64,000 bases of DNA from Octopus sinensis (Eukaryota). Every line of letters starts with the position of its first letter. Within the stretch, counting starts at the first letter, position 1. Of this stretch, positions 1 to 12,175 are shown piece by piece. The stretch spans positions 32,240,001 to 32,304,000 of the forward strand of contig NC_043014.1 of the NCBI RefSeq assembly GCF_006345805.1, read 5' to 3'. The notes beneath the pieces were generated by a model, which saw nothing but the letters and a program-made list of their open reading frames with translations, did no database searches and was not told the origin of the DNA. Position numbers and translations under genes: made by a program.

Positions 1-165
1 TGTTTACGTCCCTGTAACTTAACGGTTCGGCAAAAGAGACCGATAGAATAAGTACTAGGCTTACAAAGAATAAGTACTGGGGTCGATTTGCTTGACTAAA
101 GGCGGTACTCCAGCATGGCCGCAGTCAAATGACTGAAACAAGTAAAAGAGTAAAGTGTAAAGAGT
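1..165 (+). mobile_element. SINE family A, 3' half
   Basis: Matches the 3' half of the repeat found in about 20 places in the window (GTTTACGTCCC...GGTCGATTTGC...CCAGCATGGCCGCAGTCAAATGACTGAAACAAGTAAAAGAG). Confidence 0.85.
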
Positions 166-253
166 ATGCATATATATATACATACATGTACATACTTACA
201 TATATATGTATATACACATGCATATATGAGTACAGGATTTCAAAAAGCGTAAG

Positions 254-1727
254 CAACTGCATCCCACATTATTAGACAAATCAACCTTCTCTCAATAAAT
301 AAATGTATAATTCATTCAAAACCAGTTGTTTTTCTACTGACTGTCAGCAACACCTATCTGTGCATATTCTGTTAAAATAAATCAGATCTGCACAGACACC
401 AAAAAGTTGTGCCCATTTTTTTTATTGCGTAACATTTTCATTGTCACAAATTATTAGGCAAGTATAATAAAAATGATGTTTGAGTCAAAACAAACATTTA
501 TTTAATTCAACAGTAAACGTTTAATAAAAACTTATTCTTAAAGGACTTAATGGGAAATACAATAATACGTTTGAATGGAAATAATCATGGGATTAAGATG
601 TCATACAACTCTTAGTGTTTGATGTATGATCTTCCACATTCAATAACCTTCCTTACGTTCTAATTCATTAAATTTGTCAAGGTGTTGATACCTTCTTATA
701 TATTCTTATATATTCTTCTTTGAGCAGCATCTACAATAGCATCCCAGAGAGCAACTTTACTTGGAAATTGCAGTCAGTTTTGGTAAATGTGCCTCTTCAG
801 GGGAACAAGGTGGCCACTCCATCAAACGACCTCCAGAGAAACCTATTTGCTGCAGGTATTCCTTAGAATTCTTCGCTGCATGAGACGGGGCATTATCTCG
901 CATGAAGACCAGCTTTCTCTTGAATGAAAGTTTTTGCTTTTTGAATGATGCTATCCCAAAATATCCCAAAATATGACCTGATCTCCCCTCCTGTTGGTGT
1001 CTCAACCGATGAGGATGGTTCCTGCTGATTGATACCGAAACTTTACTCCTGCCTTCTGATCCATCAAGAGTAGCATGACATTCGTTAGTGAACAGAACTG
1101 TTGAAAAATCTATTTTAATATATTCTTCACCCATTTCAATCTTTTCTGCTCATGAACAGCATTCAGAGGGAGCCTTGTAACAGGTTTAACATTTCTGGCT
1201 ACTTACTTCAAGAGGCAACACCTGGTAATTTTTGATACGTCTTCCCTGCAACAACATTTGAAGACTTCTCTACTTGTCAGGCATGGGTTCTACACAACTT
1301 CCCTTTTCATACATAACAAAATTCGATTCAAAGCAACCCTTGACTTACCCTTGTCTGCCCTCAACCGAAATAAGAGACTGTGCAAATTTCTTCACTGTTC
1401 AGTGATCTCTTCCCAGTATTTCTATGGTTGTTTTTCCTTTTCTAAGCTCTGACACGATGGTAGACTTCTCATTCGAGGTAAGATCACATTTCTAACCCAT
1501 AACGACAAGTTAGGCACCTGCCTAATAATTTGAGACAGCAGAAATGTTGCTACTACACAATAGTGGCTGCTGTTTGTTTTCGTTTGTGCAGATCCGATTC
1601 ATTTTAACAGAATGTGCGTAGGTAAGTGTTGCCAATAGTCAGTGGTGGGGAAAACAACTGGTTTTGAACAAATACACATTTATTTATTGAGAAAAGATTG
1701 GTTTGCCAAATAATGTGGAACACAGTG
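254..1727 (-). mobile_element. Tc1-like DNA transposon, DD37E/TRT-type spacing, degenerate
   Basis: Long inverted terminal repeats (about 254-405 vs 1575-1727) with inner ATTATTAGGCA direct repeats near 450 and 1525. Minus-strand transposase remnants: MG*KCDLTSNEKSTIVSEL from 1500, TVLFTNECHATLDG, FMRDNAPSHAAKNSKEYLQQIGFSGGRLMEWPPCSP. Confidence 0.9.
757..1500 (-). pseudogene. Tc1/TRT transposase pseudogene
   Basis: DNAPSH and WPPCSP motifs present, with stops, frameshifts and deletions. The DLNPIE segment is missing. Confidence 0.85.
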
Positions 1728-1827
1728 TGTGTGTGTGCATATATATATAAGGATATATATATATATATATCCTTAAATCCTTAAAAATGTTTCAGCCCGA
1801 AGGCTGCAGCCATGCTGGGGCACCACC

Positions 1828-1942
1828 GCTGAAAGGCAAAGTTGGACCCCGGCGGAATTTGAACTCAGAACGTAAAGACGGACGAAAAGACACTAAGCAT
1901 TTCGCCCAGCATGCTAACGATTCTGCCAGCTCACTACCTTAT
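1828..1942 (-). mobile_element. SINE family B (tRNA-derived head)
   Basis: Reverse strand reads TAAGGTAGTGAGCTGGCAGAATCGTTAGCA (A-box-like) ... GAGTTCAAATTCC (B-box). Confidence 0.8.
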
Positions 1943-2235
1943 ATATATATACATATATAATCATGCATACACACATTCATATACCCATCCACTCTCAACT
2001 TCCCCACTTCATGGTTCTTGCCTCATCCACCCTTCAGCCCAACCTGTTTTGGCAGTCTGTCTCCCCTACCCTCATTTATCTTCCCATGCAGTCTTACAAA
2101 GCATTTGCCCACCCTTTACTATTCAGCTTGTGCCTAATGAGGACACTTAGGCACCTTATCGACATTATATATGGCTTGTAGCTCCTTCTGATCATTTCTC
2201 TCTCTTCTATCCCACCTCTTCCTCTACTAGATGTG

Positions 2236-2420
2236 TCAGGCTCACAATCATGAGGTAGTGAGCTCGATTCTTAGATCAGGCTGTGTGTTGTGCTCTTCTT
2301 GAGCAAGATACTTTACTTCACATTGCTCCAGTTCACTCAGCTGTAGAAATGAGTTACAACATCACTGGTGTCAAACTGTTTTGGCTTTTTCTTTTCCCTT
2401 GGATAACATCAGCATTCTTC
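2236..2420 (+). mobile_element. SINE family C fragment
   Basis: TTGAGCAAGATACTTTACTTCACATTGCTCCAGTTCACTCAGCTGTAGAAATGAGT central domain, shared with the copies at 28617, 57875, 58313 and 60181. Confidence 0.8.
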
Positions 2421-2759
2421 TGTCCATTTATTCCTACAGTTCATCCTATTTCCAAACCAATCATATCCTACACCAAAATATTAGAGAATACAGTTTTTAT
2501 ACTGTGTACTTAAATGATTGATAGAGTGATTGATTGGCTGATTGATTGATTGAATGATTGAGTGATTAATTGATTGGTTCTTTCAATGGCCACTCTGGTT
2601 CTTCAGAAACTACAGGAGCAAAGAACATTCGTTTTTCATTGCTGGGTCATTATTTTCAAATCTCTGTAATTGAAATGGCTTTGTTGTTGTGGTTGTGAAT
2701 AAAATTTATGATCAAAGACAATCTTCACATGATCTTCCAGTCATTTTAGAATTATTTAG

Positions 2760-3175
2760 CATAAGCCAAGTGAAATCATAGTCGTAGCCGATGCTGGTGT
2801 CATGTAACTGATACCCGTGCAAGGGACACCTTTCAAAAAGTACGTAAAAAGCACTTTTCCAGCTTTGGGCCTCACAGAAGCGATGACAAATGACCAAGAC
2901 CTTTGGCAATATGCTGTGCTTGAGAAGAAGAATCAAGCTGATTGAAATCGTAGTCATGGCAGATATTGGTGTCACACAACTGGCACTCATACTGGTGGCA
3001 CATAAAAGCGCCCATTACACTTTTGGAGTGGTAGGTATTAGTAAGAGCATCCAGCTGTAGAAACCATGCCAAATCAGACTAGAATCTGGTGCAGTCTCTC
3101 AGCTTACTGGCCCTGGTCAAACTGCCCAACACATACCAGCAGGGACAATGGACATTAAATGAGGATGATGGTGAT
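2760..3175 (+). mobile_element. RTE-clade LINE 3' end (ORF C-terminus, 3' UTR, GAT tail)
   Basis: 2864-2930 translates LGLTEAMTNDQDLWQYAVLEKK. It is followed by the UTR (GCATCCAGCTGTAGAAAC...) and a GATGAT tail found in many truncated copies in the window. Confidence 0.7.
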
Positions 3176-3264
3176 CTCGTAGTATCCTCTGATGCACAAG
3201 TTTTCAACTCAGTGTCCAATTTCACATTTCACTCCTATAACCTTGCTATATTGTAACTGTATTA

Positions 3265-3682
3265 TCCGGTAAGAAATTTGCTTCCAAATCACAAGCTTTA
3301 GTGTTCAGTTCCACTGTGCCGTACTCTGGGCAAGCATCATCTACAATAGCCTCAAGACAATCAAAGCTTTGTGAGTGACTCTGATTGATGGAAACTGGAA
3401 AAACCCTGTTATGTATATGTATATATGTAATTGTTTGTGTGCATGTGCATGTTGCTGTCTCGTTGTCTTGAAACTGTGTGATAGATGTGAGTGAGATTCA
3501 TCATCATGTAAGTTGTGCCCTTCATTTCCAATCTTCCTTAAAAACATCTTAAGCATTTGGAAATTTTACCTTCCTCGGGAACAGGTGAAAGTTAGCAGGA
3601 AGGGCGTCCAGTCATAGAAAATCCATCTCAACAAATTCCATCTGACCCATGCGAACATGAAAAAGTAGATGTTAAATCAATG
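3265..3682 (+). mobile_element. Composite SINE (family A-like head, RTE-like tail), diverged
   Basis: Degenerate tRNA head, then a body related to 12620-12860, then a GGAAGGGCGTCCAG...GATGTTAAATCAATGAT tail. Confidence 0.55.
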
Positions 3683-3698
3683 ATATGTGTACATATGA

Positions 3699-3729
<31 letters not shown>

Positions 3730-3857
3730 TGTATGTATGTATATATGTATGTATGTATGTATGTGTGTATGTATGCAAGCATGCATGCATGCATGCATGT
3801 ATGTATGTGCATATTCATAATTCAAAAAAGAGTCACTATCTTTTTCTTCTACAACTG

Positions 3858-3946
3858 CCAACTCTGATGAGTGCAAGGCTACAGATATGTTCAACTGCAT
3901 GTTAATGCAGTTGAACATCCAGTGTGAAACAGATTGCTAAGATTGG
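3858..3946 (+). ncRNA. Type I hammerhead ribozyme-like motif with extended stem II
   Basis: Core CTGATGA 3864-3870 and GAAAC 3926-3930. Stem II contains a perfect 14-bp hairpin (3887-3900/3905-3918). Stem I CCAACT/AG(A)TTGG. Stem III degenerate. Confidence 0.6.
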
Positions 3947-3997
3947 GCATAATGGTTATATTATATTGTACACTTCAATTATTTGTATATATATATA

Positions 3998-4028
<31 letters not shown>

Positions 4029-4459
4029 AAGTGAGAGAGAACTACATTGTCCAATGTTCCCTTTATTTTTAAGAGGGTAGTGTATAATTTAGTCAATGGG
4101 ACTGATTGCTATTTTGAACAGGTTGAGTAATGACTTAAAACTTGCCATACTAGCTTGGTTCTTCTCTTGTTATAGTTGTTGATCGTGTTGTTCTCATTGC
4201 TGCTGCTGCTGTTGTAGTTGCTATTACTGACATCCAGATAAGAGAGATGAATGATGAAGAAAGGTGCCAAACACCCTCATTTAGCAAATAAGGGGAAATA
4301 TAGAATGTAAAAGTGAAGAATAGTAGCAGCAGCAGCAGTTATGTGTTAGAGATATGGGATGTGGATAATAAATCTTTCTCCCAACTCAACTTTTCCAATC
4401 TTGTTGAAACAAACAACTGCATTAGTATTCAATCTGATGATCCACTATTTCAATCCCTC

Positions 4460-4716
<257 letters not shown>

Positions 4717-4718
4717 AT

Positions 4719-4947
4719 TAAGGTGATGAGCTGGCAGAAATGTTAGCACGTCAGACAAAATGCCGTTAAGTATTTTGTCCATTCTTATGTTCTGAGTTCA
4801 AAATCCACCTAGGTTGTCTTTACCTTTCAACTTTTCAGGGTGAATGAAATAAGTATCACTTACGTACTAAGGTTGATGTAATCAACTAGTCCCCTTCCAT
4901 GAAAGTTCAGGCCTTGTGCCTATAATAGAAAGGATTATTATTAATAC

Positions 4948-4989
<42 letters not shown>

Positions 4990-5090
4990 GGTGATGAGCT
5001 GGCAGAAACATTAGCATGCCGGACAAAATGCCTCTGTCTTTATGTTTTTATTTCAAATTCTGCTGAGGCCAACTACCTTTTGACCTTTCA
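4719..5090 (+). mobile_element. Two tandem SINE family B copies separated by (TTA)n
   Basis: TAAGGTGATGAGCTGGCAGAAA at 4719 and 4987, each preceded by (TTA)n. Confidence 0.8.
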
Positions 5091-5100
5091 AGGTTTATAA

Positions 5101-5500
5101 TTGTTGTGTGGTAAGTAGCTTGCTAACCAACCACATGGTTCCGGGTTCAGTCCTACTGCGTGGCATCTTGGGCAAGTGTCTTCTGCTATAGCCCCGGGCT
5201 GACCAATGCCTTGTGAGTGGATTTGGTAAACGGAAACTGAAAGAAGCCTGTCGTATATATGTATATATATATGTATGTGTGTGTTTGTGTGTCTGTGTTT
5301 GTCCCCTAGCATTGCTTGACAACCGATGCTGGTGTGTTTACGTCCCCGTCACTTAGCGGTTCAGCAAAAGAGACTGATAAAATAAGTACTGGGCTTACAA
5401 AGAATAAGTCCCGGGGTCGATTTGCTCGACTAAAGGTGGTGCTCCAGCATGGCCGCAGTCAAATGACTGAAACAAGTAATAGAGTAATAGAGTAATAGAG
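5101..5500 (+). mobile_element. SINE family A
   Basis: tRNA-like head (GTGTGGTAAGTAGC...GGTTCAGTCC), internal (TA)/(TG) microsatellite, 3' domain. Confidence 0.9.
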
Positions 5501-5568
5501 CATTGGGTTAAATGCTTAGTGGTGTTTTGTCTATTTTTGTGTTCTGAGTTCAAATTCCAATAAGCGTG

Positions 5569-6082
5569 GCTTACAGTAGAAGACACTTGCCAAGGTGCCA
5601 TGCACTGAGACTGAACCTGGAACTATGTGATTGTGAAGCAAGCTTCTTATCAAACAGCCACTCCTGCCCCTGCAGTATATATATGTACATATATTTATCT
5701 TTTCTTTCACTTGTTTTAGTGTGGCCATGCTAGGGCAAGACACAGAAGAATTTTTTTTTAGTGAAATGAATCATCCCAAGTACATAGGTTTTTTTAAAAA
5801 AACAGCCTGGTACTTATTCTATTGATCTCTTTTGCTGAACTGCTAAGTTGTGGGGATGTAATTACACCAGTACCAGTTATTAAGCAGTGGAGGGGGAGAA
5901 ACACAGACACAAACACACACTCACAAACGCATATACATGACAGGCTTCTTTCAGTTTCCATCTACCAAATCCACTCAGAAGGCTTTAGTTGACCCGAGGC
6001 TATAGCAGAAGACACTTGCCCAAGGTGTCATGCAGTGGGACTAAACCTGGAACATGGTAATTGGGAAGCAAGCTTCTTATAT
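5569..6082 (-). mobile_element. SINE family A copies (head fragment plus diverged full copy)
   Basis: Reverse-complement matches to the family A head (5569-5673) and to a full copy (about 5700-6082). Confidence 0.8.
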
Positions 6083-6123
6083 ACATCTATACCTGTACTT
6101 ATATATTATATTTATACACATAT

Positions 6124-6287
6124 AGGTGCAGGAGCGGCTGTGTGGTAAGTAGCTTGCTTACCAACCACATGATTCTGGGTTCAGTCCCACTGCATGGCAC
6201 CTTGGGCAAGTGTCTTCTACTATAGCCTCGGACCGACCAAAGCCTTGTGAGTGGATATGGTAGACGGAAACTGAAAGAAGCCTGTCG

Positions 6288-6332
<45 letters not shown>

Positions 6333-6565
6333 GTGTGTGTTTGTGTGTCTGTGTTTGTCCCCCCAACATCACTTGACAACCGATGCTAGTATGTTTACGT
6401 TCCTGTAACTTAGCGGTTCAGCAAAATAGACCGATAGAATAAGTTCTAGGCTTACAACGAATAAGTCCTGGCATCGATTTTCTCAACTAAAGGCGGTGCT
6501 CCAGCATGGCTGCAGTCAATAACTGAAACAAGTAAAAGAATAAAAGCGTAAAGAGAGTAAGAGTA
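6124..6565 (+). mobile_element. SINE family A, full length
   Basis: GGTGCAGGAGCGGCTGTGTGGTAAG ... GAAACAAGTAAAAGA. Confidence 0.9.
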
Positions 6566-7519
6566 TATATGTGTGTGTGTGTATGTGTGTGTGTGAGTGT
6601 GCACGCACACGTGCATGTGTGTGTAAATAGGCACATGTGCATGTGTATGTGTGTGTGTGCCTATTTACACACACATGCATGTGTGTGTGAATAGGCACAC
6701 ACACACATACACATGCACATGTGTGTGTTTTGTTCTCCAATCAGTGAAATTGCCACATAATAAGATTCTAAAGTGCTAAGTGAATCACTAAAAAGAGTCT
6801 TGTCTTCCTCATTTTTCTTAAATTTCTTATTTAACCATATTATATATAGGCATTACATTCTTATTCTCCTCAAAGATTTATTTATTTATTCCACAGACAT
6901 TTCCATATTTTACTCGATGGAAAAAAAAAATTCCTGTTATTTCAATTAAAGTTCCCTTTGTTATTTATGCAAATATATAAGTAAACCTTTGAATGCCCTC
7001 CAGCATTTTTCATCTGCCAGAGGCAATTTAAAGCTCTTGTATTGGCAAATCTTCAAGTTATATATAACCAGCCTTCATAATCCCACTTCACCTCACCTTC
7101 AGAAATAAACATATGCATAAATATTTATTCATTTGCTTAGCATTTCATGTTATTTTTGAGATTAATTTGTTAAATTTTTATTCCTTCTTTCGGCATGTTT
7201 ATTGAGTAATCTAAACACATACACACAAACACTTATACGCACCACACACAATTTACATAATTACATATTTTATCCTTTTTTTTTCATCAGTATCTAGTAC
7301 CCTTTACCACACCTTCCACATCCTTCAATTTTAATTTCAAGAGATAAGTTAAAAGAGATAATTTACTTGTAGTATGATTAATAATCAGAGTGATTTACAA
7401 GTAGTTAGTTTTTAGTTTAGTCTCAGTACAGAGCTCTCTGGGCTTGTACCTTGTTGTGAGTGAGTTTGGTAGACAGAAACTGTGTGGAAGCCCATTATAT
7501 ATGTTGCAGTATTGCAGCA

Positions 7520-7700
7520 GCTTGGGGCTACAGGGGGCTACAACTGAACAACATCCTGCCAAGGAAACTAAGGCATCTGCAGCAAAGATGTAGAAATGCT
7601 CAAAAAGCACCAGGACAAATTTCTAACTGAAATCCCAGATGAACCCATGTCACAGCAGGAAGCCCCAAAGAAGGGTAACTCTGTCTAACTTGCTTCTTCG
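7520..7700 (+). mobile_element. CR1-like LINE 3' coding remnant
   Basis: Frameshifted GLQLNNILPRKLRHL / VEMLKKHQDKFLTEIPDEP resembles the CR1 ORF2 C-terminal (QLFN.LP..LR...FK..LD.FL...PD.P) pattern. Confidence 0.55.
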
Positions 7701-8696
7701 CTAAAGACAGTACAGAAAGTAGACCCTAAGATGCTGAAAGGCAGTGCTCCAGCATGGCCCCAGCCTCAGGCTGAAACCACTAAGAGAATAAAAGAATATA
7801 TATACATACATATATATACACACACACACATATATATATGTATATATACATTTATACATGTACACACACACATACATATATATATTATATATATATAGAT
7901 ATATATATATATATGTATTATAGTTTATTATATATATACATATATTTATTATATTTAATGTAGGATAAAAGTTTTTCGAAAAAAAATTGTATCAATGGCC
8001 AGCATATTAAGAAATATCTTTAAAGGTTAAATTTATAAATAAGGGCAAACATAAAAATTTCGATATGGTAATAATGGAATTTTTTAGAAATTTCTGTCAG
8101 CCTTTTTTGAGTAGCGTGTGTATTGTGAAAAAATTATATGGTTATGGACAAAGTGTCTAATTTCGGCATATTTGGCATTAGAAATTTTTTCGTTTGCCCT
8201 TATTTATAAGTTATATTTATTATATATATATAATGTATGTACATACACACATATGTATATACATTTTGCTGTTTTAAGGATTCTGTTTTCTAGTACAAAT
8301 TTGAGTAGTCTTATTGCTTTTTTTGTTGTTTGGTTTAATATTCAGTAACTGTTTATGGTATTTAATTAGTTTTATATGGAAATTTTATATATCTGTTTTT
8401 ATTTATTACATCAAAGGTTTTAATGACATTAGAATTATTGAGCTAGATTGTAATTAGTTAGTAAGTTCTAGTGATCTTGTGGCATATAGCTATCTGTTTG
8501 TTTATCTATCTTTCTGTCTGCCTATCTGTCTGTCTATCTATCAGTCTATGTATCTGTCTGTCTGTCCATCTATCTATCAATCTATGTATGTGTACACATT
8601 TTTATAAATACGTACATGCATATATATATATATATATATTCTTATCTATATAGCTAGCTATCTAGCTGTATAGTTACATATATACGTATGCATATA

Positions 8697-8880
8697 GGGA
8701 GAATTTTCAAAAAAAAAGCAAAAGACGAAGACAGGTGGTGTAGACAACAAATAGATGTATTAGTATAATGCTCGGGAAATGAAAAAGTCTTGAACGTTTT
8801 GAGCCTATGCTCTTCCACAGAAAGAAACAAGGAGAGAAAATAAAGAATGTGTAGTGGCTAACAATCTATCATGGCAAATA
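8697..8880 (-). mobile_element. Dispersed repeat (probable Penelope-like pLTR) with hammerhead-like motif at 8787-8826
   Basis: Homologous to 61620-61755. Minus strand reads TCTTT-CTGTGGAA-GAGC-ATAG-GCTC-AAAACGTT-CAAGA. Confidence 0.6.
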
Positions 8881-9144
8881 CCAGACAGAAGGGTCAAACA
8901 GGAGGGCTAGGGGCAGAAGGGGAGATAATAAAGTAGTGGTAATCCCGAAACGAAGGTGTGCATGCATGTGCATAAGAGAGTTTGTACATGCATGTGGAAG
9001 AGGGCTGGTGATCTTGATGTGTGCGTGCTTGTGTGTTGTGATGTGATGTATTGTGTGGTATTGTGGTGTAAGGTGTAGTGGTGTGTGGTGTGGTGTGATG
9101 GTATTGGGAGGTGGGGGAGGCGAGAGTGGGGAAAGCAAGGGTGG

Positions 9145-9178
<34 letters not shown>

Positions 9179-9254
9179 ATTTACATTATTTACATTTGAC
9201 AGATATTTGTCCTCATCTTGTATGTTGTTAACACAACATTTCGGTGTTGGACGA

Positions 9255-9530
9255 TTTGACTGAAGTCTAAAGAACCAGATGGCTGCACCAGACTCCAATC
9301 TGATCTGGCAGAGTTTCTACAACTAGATGCCCTTCCTAATGCCAACCACTCCGAGAGTGTAGTGGGTGCTTTTACGTGCCACTGGCACGAGGGCCAGTCA
9401 GGCAGTACTGGCAATGGCCACGCTCAAATGGTGTTTTTTTTATGTGCCACCTGCACGGAGACCAGCTTGTTGCTCTGGCAATGATCTCACTTGTATGGTA
9501 CACTTAACGCTCCACTAGCATGGATGCCAG
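9255..9530 (-). mobile_element. RTE LINE 3' UTR copy with about 60-bp internal subrepeats
   Basis: GATGCCCTTCCTAATGCCAACCACTCCGAGAGTGTAGTGGGTGC on the plus strand is the reverse of the UTR family. Confidence 0.75.
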
Positions 9531-9652
9531 TCATCGAATTTGATTTCGATTGTATGCATATATATATATATAATTATATATATATATGTATATATATAAT
9601 GTATATATATATATATATATATAATTATATATATATATATATATATATATTG

Positions 9653-9699
<47 letters not shown>

Positions 9700-9706
<7 letters not shown>

Positions 9707-9836
9707 CAATATTAAGGAATGGCCCTGATAGGCCATTCGACCCACTAGAAAGAGCAGTCAAACTCAAACCGCTAAATAGTTGTAATTCTGAAATCAAAGG
9801 AGAAATAAAAAATATTTACCCTTATCATCTTTGATA

Positions 9837-9880
<44 letters not shown>

Positions 9881-10025
9881 GAATCAAAACAGTTTGATTC
9901 AAGCTCCTTAGTATGCTTGAAACTCATGAGTACCAATGAATTTAAATCAAACTGTTTTGATCCATACATATAACTCCCAATAAATTTGTTAAGTGTCCTT
10001 CTTTCGTTTGTCCACTCACTCACGT
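9700..10025 (+). mobile_element. Probable Penelope-like pLTR remnants in (TA)n, with the 3' half of a hammerhead (9901-9938)
   Basis: 9703-9780 is homologous to the palindrome arms at 17572-17734. AAGC...GCTT-GAAAC-TCATGAGT-A follows; 9882-9898 is an inverted copy of 9945-9961. Confidence 0.5.
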
Positions 10026-10076
10026 ATATATATATGAGTATGTATGTGTGTGTGTGTATAAGTATGTATATGTGTA

Positions 10077-10114
<38 letters not shown>

Positions 10115-10669
10115 TGTGGTGTGTGTGTGTGTGTGTGTGTGTGTGCACATGTGTGTAATTGCATCTTTGCCTATATGTTCCTTATTTTCCACTTCTGCCA
10201 TTTTGCTGCAGTTCCAACACCATTTACCAATTTTTCCCTACAGATTCTTTAATCTAGCAGCATTGCTTCCCCACCTTCCATAACCGACCCATCTTGTTTG
10301 GCAAGCCTTCTATTCTTCAAATAAATTCCTCATATCCACTTTCAGCTCCAATTTCCTCACTCTTAGGCACAGTGAGTAAGCAACAAAACATTATTATTCT
10401 AAAGTCCTTAAGGCAAGTTAATTTTACCGTTTCTCCAAACTTCATATTGATTAATTTTGGCTGACACAGACTGTCACCATTTTCCTTGGAATCTGGAATT
10501 CAGTCTGCTCTAATGTTATATTAATAAAGCAATTAGTTATTGTTGATTTTGGAATTTGCTATGAAGGACCTATGGTCAAAATTTGGGTAGGTCAGCAAAC
10601 TAATTGTAAAAATTTTTACTGCTCCCATCTGTCTATCTGCTCGTCCATTTGTCTGTTTGTCTATCTGTT

Positions 10670-10707
<38 letters not shown>

Positions 10708-10708
10708 C

Positions 10709-10747
<39 letters not shown>

Positions 10748-10855
10748 CTATCTATCTATCTATCTATCTATCTATCAATCTGTCTGTCCATCCATCTATC
10801 TATCATTTATTGGTCTATCAATCTGTCTATCCATTCTCTCTCTCTCTCTCTATCG

Positions 10856-10907
<52 letters not shown>

Positions 10908-11296
10908 TTATCGATCGTTTTTTTCTTTCCTTTTTATGATCCCTTTTAATCAAAAACCTACCCCACTTTTTTTTCTCCCCAAAAAGAAAAGCTCTACTTT
11001 GTAATTTGTCCCGTCTGTGTTCAGCCCTGTGTGGCCAATACAGAAACATATCTATCTATCTGTCTGTCTATCTTTCTATCAAGTACCTTATCCATTGATC
11101 TCTCTATTCATCTATCCTATCTGAGCAGCCATGGCTGCATGCAGGAATGGGTGTGCGAATAGATGCAAACATGCACCCATTATTGTTCTTCTACTATAGT
11201 CTGAGCAGACCAAAGCCTTGTGAATGGATTTAGTTGACAGAAACTGACAGAAGCCTGTTGTTTATACATATGCATCTATGTGTGTGAATGTTCATG

Positions 11297-11354
<58 letters not shown>

Positions 11355-11384
11355 CATACATATATATACATTTGTTTTGTGCCC

Positions 11385-11625
11385 TTTTAAAGCCTAGCCA
11401 GGCTCATGAGCCCAGTTTCCTGATTTCTATGGCAAATGTGTTCCCCAGCAGGAAAGGACGCCAGTCCATCGCAGCGTTACTCATTTTTGCCTGCTGAGTG
11501 GACTGGAGCAATGTGAAATGAAGTGTTTTGCTCAAGAACACAATACATCACCTGGTCCAGGAATCGAAACCACAATCTTACGATCATGATGCTGACACCC
11601 TAACCACTAAGCCACGTGCCTCCAC
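11385..11625 (-). mobile_element. SINE family C
   Basis: Minus strand GGAGGCACGTGGCTTAGTGGTTAGGG (A box) ... GGTTTCGATTCC (B box), followed by the TTGAGCAAAACAC...GCTCCAGTCCACTCAGC domain. Confidence 0.85.
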
Positions 11626-11637
11626 ATATATATACAT

Positions 11638-12048
11638 ATCAGACTGGGCCTGGTGCAGCCTTCTGGCTTCCCAGACCCCAGTTGAACCGTCCAACCCATG
11701 CTAGCATGGAAAGCAGACGCTAAACGATGATGATGATGATGATGATGATGATATATCATCATCATCATCATCATCTTCATTTAACGTCCGCTTTCCATGC
11801 TAGCATGGGTTGGACGGTTCAACTGGGGTCTGGGGAGCCCGAAAGCTGCACCAGTCCAGTCAGATCTGGCAGTGTTTCTACAGCTGGATGCCCTTCCTAA
11901 CGCCAACCACTCCGAGAGTGTAGTGGGTGATTTTATGTGCCACCGACACAGGTGCCAGACGAGGCTGGCAAACGGCCACGCTCGGATGGTGTTTTTTATG
12001 TACCACCGACACAGGTGCCAGACGAGGCTGGCAGACGGCCACGCTCGG
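11638..12048. mobile_element. Tail-to-tail inverted pair of RTE 3' UTR copies
   Basis: 11638-11752 (+) and 11755-12048 (-) meet at (GAT)n-ATAT-(CAT)n. The minus copy carries two about 61-bp subrepeats at 11925-12048. Confidence 0.85.
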
Positions 12049-12175
12049 ATATATATATATATATTTATATATTGGTAAAAATGGTAAGATAGCAAAAGAA
12101 AGAAAGAGACCTCAATATTATGTAAATAGAGGAATTTATCTGTAAAATAATATGTGACAATTATTCGGTAGCCAA

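Noticed and set aside
11920-12048. Direct repeats resembling a CRISPR array
   Set aside because: Tandem units without unique spacers, inside a LINE UTR; eukaryotic context with no cas genes.
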